DNA from: Geobacter sulfurreducens PCA
GTDB lineage: Bacteria > Desulfobacterota > Desulfuromonadia > Geobacterales > Geobacteraceae
Direction: 5' to 3'
Length of the DNA: 32,000 nt
Assembly (NCBI RefSeq): GCF_000007985.2
Contig: NC_002939.5
Span: 2,640,001-2,672,000 of the forward strand
Position numbers and translations under genes: made by a program
In this document: piece by piece, positions 20,069-27,495 of the stretch
Layout: the number at the start of each line of letters is the position of its first letter
Position numbering within the stretch: position 1 is the first letter of the stretch
The notes under the pieces: model-generated
Told to the model about the DNA's origin: nothing
The model's input: only the letters and a program-made list of their open reading frames with translations
Databases searched by the model: none

Positions 20069-23000
20069 CTATGCCATCACGATCACCAGATCTTCTTTTT
20101 CCACCTTGTCGCCTTCCTTGAACTTCACCTCGGCAACGGCGCCGTCTTCTTTCGCCTTGATGTTGGTCTCCATCTTCATGGCCTCGGTAACCATGAGGAC
20201 GTCTCCCGCCTTCACGACGTCGCCCGCCTTCACATTGAGCTTCAGGACCTTGCCGGGCATGGGCGCGCCGATATGCTTGGCGTTCCCCTTGTCGGCCTTT
20301 TCCCGCTCGGCCTCGTCGGTCTGCACCGATTGGTCGCGCACCACCACCTGCCGCTGTTGGCCGTTAAGCTCGAAGAAGATGTGGCGGGTACCGTCCGGAT
20401 GCACCTTGCCGACGGCGTTGAGCTTGATGATGAGGGTCTTGCCCGGCTCGATGTCGATGGAGGTCTCCTGCCCCGGCTCCAGGCCGTAGAAGAAGATGGG
20501 GGTCGGGATGACCGAGGTGTCCGAATACTCCTGACGGTGCTTGTCGAACTCGGGGTAGACATGAGGGTAGAGCAGGTACGACATGAGATCCTTGTCGTTC
20601 ACCGCGTGCCCCACCTTGGTCTCGGCCTCCAGGCGCTTCTCTTCGAAGTCGGCCGGCTCCAGGAGCTCGCCGGGGCGGCAGGTGATCGGCTCTTCTCCCT
20701 TGAGGATGATCTTCTGCAGCTCAGCGGGCCACCCCTGGTAGGGCTGGCCCAGCATCCCCTTGAACATCCCCACTACCGACTCGGGGAAGCTGAGCTCGTC
20801 CCCCTTGGTGAAGACGTCGTCCACGTCCAGGTTGTTTTTCACCAGGAACATGGCCATGTCGCCCACCACCTTGGAGGAGGGGGTCACCTTGACGATGTCG
20901 CCAAAGAGCCTGTTGACCTTGAAGTACATCTCCTTGCACTCCTCCCACCGGTCCAGCAGGCCGAGACCGGCCACCTGGGGCTTGTAGTTGGAGTACTGGC
21001 CGCCGGGGATCTCGTGGTGGTAGACCTCGGCAGTGCCGCTCTTGAGCCCCGATTCGAAGGGGGTGTAGTAGTCCCGCACCGTCTCCCAGTAGTTGGCCAG
21101 GTGCTGGAGCCCCTCGTCGTCCAGGGCCGGGTCCCACTCGGTCCCCTTGAGGGCGGCCAGGAGCGCGTTCAGGTTCGGCTGGGCCGTGAGGCCGGAGATG
21201 GAGGAGAGGGCCGCGTCCACGATGTCGACCCCGGCCTGGCAGGCCATGAGCAGCGTGGCGTTGCCGTTGGAGGAGGTATCGTGGGTATGGAGGTGGACCG
21301 GGATGCCGATGTTCTCCTTGAGGGCCTTCACCAGCTTGTGGGCGGCCATGGGCTTGAGCAGCCCCGCCATGTCCTTGATGGCCAGGATGTGGGCGCCCAT
21401 CTGCTCCAGTTCCTTGGCCATGGCCACGTAGTATTCCAGCGGATACTTGTCCCGCTTGGGATCGGTGATGTCGCCGGTGTAGCAGATGGCCGCCTCGCAG
21501 ATCTTGCCGGTCTTGCGCACCGCCTCCATGGCCACGGTCATCCCCCGGGTCCAGTTGAGGGAATCGAAGACCCGGAAGATGTCGACGCCGCTGGCGGCGG
21601 CCTCCTCCACGAAGCGCTGCACCACGTTGTCGGGATAGTTGGTGTAGCCCACGGCGTTGGAGCCCCGCAGGAGCATCTGGAAGAGGATGTTGGGGATCGC
21701 CTCCGAGAGCTTGTGGAGCCGCTGCCAGGGATCCTCCTTCAGGAAGCGCATGGAGACGTCGAAGGTGGCGCCGCCCCAGCACTCCAGCGAGAAGAGCCCG
21801 GCACCCAGGTACGAGGTGGGCTCGGCGATCTTTAGCAGGTCATAGGTGCGGACCCGGGTCGCCAGGAGCGACTGGTGGGCATCCCGCATGGTGGTGTCGG
21901 TGATCAGGAGCTTTTTCTGCTCCAGGATCCACTTGGAGAGCCCCTCGGCGCCGAGCTTCATGAACAGGTCGCGGGAGCCGGCGGGCCGGGGAACCGTATA
22001 GTCAACCTCGGGCACCCGGGCCTCGATCATCTCCGCCGACTTGAGGGGCTTGGCAACGCCGGGGGAGCCGTTCACGATGACGTCGCCCAGGAAATTGAGC
22101 ACCTTGGTGGCCCGGTCTTTCTTCTCGCTAATGGCCAGAAGCTCGGGGTGCTTCTCGATGAATGACGTATCGCAGGTACCGGCCAGGAAGACCGGGTGGG
22201 TGACCACGTTCTCCAGGAACGGGATATTGGTCTTCACGCCCCGGACCCGGAACTCCTGGAGGGAGCGGTTCATGATGTGGGCCGCCTCGTCGAAGGTGAG
22301 CCCCCACGAGGTGACCTTCACCAGAAGCGAGTCGTAATGGGGGGTGATGACCGAACCGGTGAAGGCGTTGCCCGCGTCGAGCCGCACCCCGAAGCCGGCC
22401 GAGGAGCGGTAGGTGGTGATGGTGCCGAAATCCGGGGCAAAGTTGTTGGCCGGGTCCTCGGTGGTGATCCGGCACTGGATGGCGTAGCCCCGCATGGCGA
22501 TGGCCGACTGGTTCGGGACGTTGATGGGGGGGTCCGAGAGCTTCTTCCCCTCGGCGATGAGGATCTGGGCCTGCACCAGGTTCCTGCCGGTGATCATCTC
22601 GGTGACCGTGTGCTCCACCTGGATTCGGGGGTTCATCTCGATGAAGTACCAGCTCCCCTCCTGGTCCAGCAGGAATTCCACGGTGCCGGCGTTCACGTAG
22701 CCCACCTGACCCGCGATCTTGAGGGCCGCGTTGCAGATCTCGTCCCGCAGCTTCTGGGTCAGGGAGAGCGACGGCGCGAACTCAACCACCTTCTGGTGAC
22801 GGCGCTGGATGGAGCAGTCGCGCTCGTAGAAGTGGACCAGGTTGCCGTGGTGGTCCCCCAGCACCTGCACCTCGATGTGCTTGGGATTCTCCAGGTAGCG
22901 CTCCAGGAAGACCGCCGGGTTGCCGAAGGCGGCCTTGGCCTCGCTGCGGGCCGCCACCAGCCCCTCCAGCAGCTCTTTCTTGTTGCGGGCAACCCGCATG

Positions 23001-23515
23001 CCCCGCCCGCCGCCGCCGGCAGCCGCCTTGATGATGATGGGATAGCCGTGCTGCTTGGCGAAGATGAGCGCTTCTTCCTCGTGCTCGATGGGCTCCTCGG
23101 TTCCGGGAACCACGGGCACCTCGGCGGCAATGGCCACCTTGCGGGCCGAGACCTTGTCGCCCAGGGCCCGCTGCATCTCGGCCCGGGGACCGATGAAGGC
23201 GATGCCGGCCCGCTCGCACGCCTCGGCGAACTCGGCATTCTCCGAAAGGAAGCCGTAGCCCGGGTGAATGGCGTCCACGTCCGCCCGCTTGGCAATGGAG
23301 ATGATTTCGTCGATCCCCAGGTAGGCATCGATGGGGGCTTTCCCCTTGCCCACCAGGTAGGCCTCGTCCGCCTTGTAGCGGTGGAGGGACAGCTTGTCCT
23401 CCTCCGAGTAGATGGCCACCGTGCTGATCCCCAGCTCAGTGCAGGCCCGGAAGATGCGGATCGCGATCTCTCCGCGGTTGGCGGCCATTACTTTTCTGAA
23501 CTTTCTCTTTTCCAT
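20069..23515 (-). CDS. pyc: Pyruvate carboxylase (single-chain, 1148 aa)
   Basis: N-terminal biotin carboxylase/ATP-grasp domain (KVMAANRGEIAIRIFRA..., GGGGRGMRV, EMNPRIQVEHTVTE). Central carboxyltransferase TIM domain (DTTMRDAHQSLLATR, HLHTHDTS). C-terminal biotinyl domain with the AMKME motif (VTEAMKMETNI). Confidence 0.95.
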   Translation of the reverse strand: MEKRKFRKVMAANRGEIAIRIFRACTELGISTVAIYSEEDKLSLHRYKADEAYLVGKGKAPIDAYLGIDEIISIAKRADVDAIHPGYGFLSENAEFAEACERAGIAFIGPRAEMQRALGDKVSARKVAIAAEVPVVPGTEEPIEHEEEALIFAKQHGYPIIIKAAAGGGGRGMRVARNKKELLEGLVAARSEAKAAFGNPAVFLERYLENPKHIEVQVLGDHHGNLVHFYERDCSIQRRHQKVVEFAPSLSLTQKLRDEICNAALKIAGQVGYVNAGTVEFLLDQEGSWYFIEMNPRIQVEHTVTEMITGRNLVQAQILIAEGKKLSDPPINVPNQSAIAMRGYAIQCRITTEDPANNFAPDFGTITTYRSSAGFGVRLDAGNAFTGSVITPHYDSLLVKVTSWGLTFDEAAHIMNRSLQEFRVRGVKTNIPFLENVVTHPVFLAGTCDTSFIEKHPELLAISEKKDRATKVLNFLGDVIVNGSPGVAKPLKSAEMIEARVPEVDYTVPRPAGSRDLFMKLGAEGLSKWILEQKKLLITDTTMRDAHQSLLATRVRTYDLLKIAEPTSYLGAGLFSLECWGGATFDVSMRFLKEDPWQRLHKLSEAIPNILFQMLLRGSNAVGYTNYPDNVVQRFVEEAAASGVDIFRVFDSLNWTRGMTVAMEAVRKTGKICEAAICYTGDITDPKRDKYPLEYYVAMAKELEQMGAHILAIKDMAGLLKPMAAHKLVKALKENIGIPVHLHTHDTSSNGNATLLMACQAGVDIVDAALSSISGLTAQPNLNALLAALKGTEWDPALDDEGLQHLANYWETVRDYYTPFESGLKSGTAEVYHHEIPGGQYSNYKPQVAGLGLLDRWEECKEMYFKVNRLFGDIVKVTPSSKVVGDMAMFLVKNNLDVDDVFTKGDELSFPESVVGMFKGMLGQPYQGWPAELQKIILKGEEPITCRPGELLEPADFEEKRLEAETKVGHAVNDKDLMSYLLYPHVYPEFDKHRQEYSDTSVIPTPIFFYGLEPGQETSIDIEPGKTLIIKLNAVGKVHPDGTRHIFFELNGQQRQVVVRDQSVQTDEAEREKADKGNAKHIGAPMPGKVLKLNVKAGDVVKAGDVLMVTEAMKMETNIKAKEDGAVAEVKFKEGDKVEKEDLVIVMA

Positions 23516-23652
23516 CGGAACCTCCCCGGTTTTTACCTAAAATAAAACAAATACAACCTAATTAAAACTTTAGTTAAACTAAAATTATTTCGTTATTTTA
23601 TATAGTTACACGACTGTAAACGAGAAGATGAATAAATCAGATTGCCCATAAG

Positions 23653-23681
23653 TTGTCAACGATAAACTTCCGTTCTAAAAT
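23653..23681 (+). promoter_or_regulatory. Sigma70-like promoter candidate in the pyc/PPIase divergent region
   Basis: TTGTCA (23653-23658), a 17-nt spacer, then TAAAAT (23676-23681). It points rightward toward the GC-rich structured block and the PPIase gene. Confidence 0.5.
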
Positions 23682-23849
23682 CAGCCAACTCATTCCCTGC
23701 TTCCTCACGAACAGCCGCGGTCGCGGCCGCCTCCCGCCGGCGCGGCTGCCGGCGCCGGGCGGCCCGGAACAACTTTTTTCGTTACACAAATACGCATATA
23801 GTGATAGTATTAAAACGCTTTGCACCCCACCAAAGGAGATTTGACTGCA

Positions 23850-24905
23850 ATGAACCTGACGAAGACACTGCGTGCGAACATCCTCTCCCTCGCTGCACTG
23901 GTTGCACTCTCCGGAGCGGCGATCGGGGCGGAGGCGGCACCCGCCAAGAAGGAAGACAAAACCGACAAGCCTGCGGCGGCCCCGGCCAAGCAGGAAGAAA
24001 AGAACGTTGCCCCCCTCGACCCGGCAGCGGTGGTGGTGAAGGTCAACGGCGTAGCCATAACCCGCGCCGAGGTTGACCGGGCAAAGAAAGTCCTCATGTC
24101 CCAGAACCGGATGACCCAGCCCGTGACTCCCGATATCGCCCAGAAGGTGGAAGAGGCGGCGGTGAGCCAGCTCATCGCCAAGGAACTCCTCTACCAGGCC
24201 GGCAGGAAACAGGAGATCAAGGATCTGGACAAGCAGATCCAGGAGCGGGTAAGCCAGAGCAAGGCCCGCTTCCCCTCACAGGAAGAGTACCTGAAGACCC
24301 TCAAGAGCATGGACATGACCGAGAAGGACGTCGAGACCTTCGCCCGGGAAGACCTGGTCATCAACAATCTGATCGAAAAAGACGTCGTGGCCAAGACCAC
24401 CGTGTCCGACGAAGAGGCCAAGAAGTTCTATAACGACAACATCGACAAGTTCAAGCGGGACGAGACGGTGAAGGCGAGCCACATCCTGATCAAGGTGGAG
24501 CCCAACGCTTCCGCCGACGACAAGAAGAAGGCCAAGGAAAAGGCCGAGGCGATCCTGAAGCAGGTGAAGGGCGGCGCCGACTTCGCCGAGGTGGCCAAGA
24601 AGGAGTCCGGCTGTCCCAGCGCACCCCAGGGCGGCGATCTGGGCTTCTTCGGCAAGGGCCAGATGGTTCCCCCGTTCGAGAAGGCCGCCTTCGCCATGAA
24701 GCCCGGCGAGGTGAGCGATGTGGTCGAGACCCAGTTCGGCTACCACATCATCAAGCTGACCGACAAGCGCCCCGCCGAGACCGTCAAGTTCGAGGAGACC
24801 AAGGACCGGATCGTTCAGTTCCTGAAGCAGCAGAAGGTTCAGGAAGGGATCAACGAGTACGTGGAGAACCTGAAGAAAGCTGCCAAGATCGAGATGGCCA
24901 AGTAG
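23850..24905 (+). CDS. Periplasmic parvulin-type peptidyl-prolyl isomerase (PpiC/SurA/PrsA-like, 351 aa)
   Basis: The ATG at 23850 follows AAAGGAG. Signal peptide MNLTKTLRANILSLAALVALSGAAIGA. The parvulin domain reads ASHILIKV...GGDLGFFGKGQMVPPFEKAAFAMKPGEVSDVVETQFGYHIIKL. Confidence 0.88.
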   Translation: MNLTKTLRANILSLAALVALSGAAIGAEAAPAKKEDKTDKPAAAPAKQEEKNVAPLDPAAVVVKVNGVAITRAEVDRAKKVLMSQNRMTQPVTPDIAQKVEEAAVSQLIAKELLYQAGRKQEIKDLDKQIQERVSQSKARFPSQEEYLKTLKSMDMTEKDVETFAREDLVINNLIEKDVVAKTTVSDEEAKKFYNDNIDKFKRDETVKASHILIKVEPNASADDKKKAKEKAEAILKQVKGGADFAEVAKKESGCPSAPQGGDLGFFGKGQMVPPFEKAAFAMKPGEVSDVVETQFGYHIIKLTDKRPAETVKFEETKDRIVQFLKQQKVQEGINEYVENLKKAAKIEMAK

Positions 24906-24934
24906 CCCTCACCGGTTCACGGCTTGCGCAGCAC

Positions 24935-24970
24935 GAAAAAAGGCCCGTCCACAGCGACGGGCCTTTTTTT
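24935..24970. terminator. Bidirectional intrinsic terminator between the convergent PPIase and SPFH genes
   Basis: AAAAAAGGCCCGTC-CACAGC-GACGGGCCTTTTTTT. Confidence 0.85.
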
Positions 24971-24989
24971 ATATCTGCACCCCGGAACA

Positions 24990-25775
24990 TCAGGACTTCG
25001 GTGCGTCCTTGTCCGTCCCGATCCTGTCCATGAACATCTTGATGAGGTCGATGGGGACCGGGAAGATGGTGGTGGAGTTCTTCTCCGCGGCCACCTCGGT
25101 GAGGGTCTGGAGATAGCGGAGCTGGAGCGAGGTGGGCTCGGCGGCCAGCACCTTTGCCGCCTGGGCCAGCTTTTCCGATGCCTGGTACTCGCCGTCGGCA
25201 TGGATGATCTTGGCCCGCCGCTCCCGCTCGGCCTCGGCCTGCTTGGCAATGGCCCGGAGCATCTCCTGGGGGAGGTCGATGTTCTTCACCTCCACGGCGG
25301 TCACCTTGACTCCCCAGGGCCCCGTGTGGCGGTCCAGAATCTCCTGGAGCTCCTTGTTGATCTTTTCCCGGTTGGCCAGGAGCTCGTCCAGCTCCACCTG
25401 CCCCAGGACGCTCCGCAGGGTGGTCTGGGCCAGCTGGCTGGTGGCGTACAGGTAGTTCTCCACCTCCACGATGGCCTTCTGGGGCTCCATGACCCGGAAA
25501 TAGATGACCGCAGACACCTTGACGGTCACGTTGTCGTGGGTGATGACGTCCTGGGGGGGCACATCCAGGGCCACGGTCCGCAGGGACACCCGCACCAGCT
25601 TGTCGACCCCCGGGATGATGAAGAACAGCCCCGGCCCCCGCGCCCCGGCCAGGCGACCGAGCCGGAACAGCACCCCCCGCTCGTACTCGGGGAGAATCCT
25701 CACGGCGCTGGCCACGAACATGATCAGCAGGACAATGAGGAACATGAACGGCACATAGTTGAAAATATCGAACAT
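24990..25775 (-). CDS. SPFH/band-7 (stomatin/QmcA-like) membrane protein
   Basis: The ATG at 25773-25775 follows GGGAGG. N-terminal TM segment [16 protein letters not shown]. The SPFH core reads [16 protein letters not shown]...[26 protein letters not shown]...[15 protein letters not shown]...[16 protein letters not shown], followed by an [11 protein letters not shown] coiled coil. Confidence 0.9.
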   Translation of the reverse strand: MFDIFNYVPFMFLIVLLIMFVASAVRILPEYERGVLFRLGRLAGARGPGLFFIIPGVDKLVRVSLRTVALDVPPQDVITHDNVTVKVSAVIYFRVMEPQKAIVEVENYLYATSQLAQTTLRSVLGQVELDELLANREKINKELQEILDRHTGPWGVKVTAVEVKNIDLPQEMLRAIAKQAEAERERRAKIIHADGEYQASEKLAQAAKVLAAEPTSLQLRYLQTLTEVAAEKNSTTIFPVPIDLIKMFMDRIGTDKDAPKS

Positions 25776-25840
25776 GGGGAAACCTCCCTTACGTGGGGGC
25801 GAATTCGTCTCTTCGCCCATGATTGCATCCGTCTGGAAAT

Positions 25841-25861
25841 GGGCGATCGCAAGGATCGCCC
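25841..25861 (-). other. Intercistronic stem-loop between the NfeD and SPFH genes
   Basis: GGGCGATC-GCAAG-GATCGCCC directly abuts the NfeD stop codon (25862-25864). No U-tract follows, so a processing, stability or translation-tuning role is possible. Confidence 0.4.
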
Positions 25862-27184
25862 CTACGATAACTTTTTCACCTTGACCCTCATCCCGTCCAC
25901 CGCAACCACCATTACCCGGTCCCCCTCGGCCAGGGGTTCATCGCTCCAGGCGTCCCAGTATTCGCCGTGGATGAAGACCCGCCCCTCGGGAGCGATGGGG
26001 GATAGAGCCTTGCCGGTCTCCCCCACCAGGCCTTCGCCGCCGGTGGTGGGCTTGCGGCGATGCGCCCGGACCGCCATGGTGACGGCGAAGATCGAAAAAG
26101 CCGACACGGCAGCCACCGTCACGGCGATCACCTGCCAGGAAACCCGGAGATAGGGCTCCGGCGACTCGAAGAGAAGGATCGATCCGAGAACCATGGCAAT
26201 GACGCCTCCCACCGTCAGCATGCCGCCCGAGACCACCTTGATCTCGGCAATGAAAAGGATGAGCGCAAGCAGGATGAGAAGCACGCCGGCATAGTTGACC
26301 GGCAGGGTCTGGAAGGCGAAGAAGGCCAGGATCAGGGCAATGCCGCCGATGACGCCGGGCAGGATCACGCCGGGGTTCGACAACTCGAAGAACAGCCCCA
26401 GGAACCCGAGCATCATGAGGACGTAGGCCACGTTGGGATTGCCGATGGCGTCGAGGATCCGCTCCCGGGTCGTCATCTCCGCCTCCCGGACCGGAGCCCC
26501 GGCCAGCCGCAGGACCGTGTCGCCCCCCGGACGGGACACCGGCCGCCCCTCCAGTTGGGCAAAGAGAGCGGACCGGTCGGCGGCGATCAGGTCAATCATC
26601 TTCTCTTCCAGGGCCTTTTCAGCGGGGAGCGACAGGCTTTCGCGCACCATCCGCCGCGCCACCTCGGCATTGCGCCCCCGGCGGGAAGCGATGCCGTCCA
26701 CGTAAGCCTCGGCATCGTTGAGTACCTTCTGCTCCATGACCTTGTCCTGCTTCTCGCCGATGGCCACGGGATGGGCCGCGCCGATGTTCGTCCCCGGCGC
26801 CATGGCGGCGATATCGGCCGCCAGCGTGATGATTGCCCCCGCCGAGGCGGCCCGGGCCCCGGCCGGCGCCACGTAAACCGCCACGGGCACGGGGCTGGCC
26901 AGGATATCCTTGACGATCTCCCGCATGGCCGTGTCGAGGCCGCCGGGGGTATCCATCTCCACCAGCACGAGCCGATCCCCCTTCCGGGCCGCATCGTCCA
27001 GGTTCCGCTTGAGGAATGAGGCGGTAACCGGGTTCACGGCCCCCCTGAGGCCGACCACCCGCACATCGCCCCCGGTGGACGCCAGGAGCGCCGCGCCGGT
27101 GCAGATCATGAGGCACCAGGCGATCAGCGCGCCGATCCGGATCCCCCGCCGGGATCCCCCCATGGCCGGAACGAGGGCTCTCAT
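25862..27184 (-). CDS. NfeD-family membrane-bound ClpP-class serine protease (440 aa)
   Basis: N-terminal ClpP-like domain ([17 protein letters not shown]...[17 protein letters not shown]), a central multi-TM block, and a C-terminal NfeD OB-fold ([38 protein letters not shown]). This is the classic partner of the downstream SPFH gene. Confidence 0.88.
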   Translation of the reverse strand: MRALVPAMGGSRRGIRIGALIAWCLMICTGAALLASTGGDVRVVGLRGAVNPVTASFLKRNLDDAARKGDRLVLVEMDTPGGLDTAMREIVKDILASPVPVAVYVAPAGARAASAGAIITLAADIAAMAPGTNIGAAHPVAIGEKQDKVMEQKVLNDAEAYVDGIASRRGRNAEVARRMVRESLSLPAEKALEEKMIDLIAADRSALFAQLEGRPVSRPGGDTVLRLAGAPVREAEMTTRERILDAIGNPNVAYVLMMLGFLGLFFELSNPGVILPGVIGGIALILAFFAFQTLPVNYAGVLLILLALILFIAEIKVVSGGMLTVGGVIAMVLGSILLFESPEPYLRVSWQVIAVTVAAVSAFSIFAVTMAVRAHRRKPTTGGEGLVGETGKALSPIAPEGRVFIHGEYWDAWSDEPLAEGDRVMVVAVDGMRVKVKKLS

Positions 27185-27495
27185 GGGAAGCTCGCCACGA
27201 CGTACTCCCCGATCTTCAGGGCATCGGCCGGCGGGATCATCGCTTCGCCGAAGGCCGGCATGCCCGGACCCGGGTTGCGGATGTAGGCCGCCACGTCCCG
27301 GACGGTCCGGATGCCGTTGGCCTCCCGCCGGGCCCGCGCCAGGGTCTTTTCCGGGTGGACGGTGTTGCCTCCCTGCGGATGGCAGCCGGCGCAGTGGGTG
27401 GCGAACAGCTCGCCGCCTCCAGCGCCGGACCCGCCGCTGCAGCCGGCCGCCAGGGCCAGGGCCATGCAGGCGGCCACCGGGGCAAGCCCTCTCAT
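27181..27495 (-). CDS. Monohaem class-I c-type cytochrome, lipoprotein (104 aa)
   Basis: Lipobox LAAGC, a single haem motif CAGCH, and a distal Met candidate in GPGMPAF. Both ends overlap neighbouring genes as ATGA. Confidence 0.8.
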   Translation of the reverse strand: MRGLAPVAACMALALAAGCSGGSGAGGGELFATHCAGCHPQGGNTVHPEKTLARARREANGIRTVRDVAAYIRNPGPGMPAFGEAMIPPADALKIGEYVVASFP

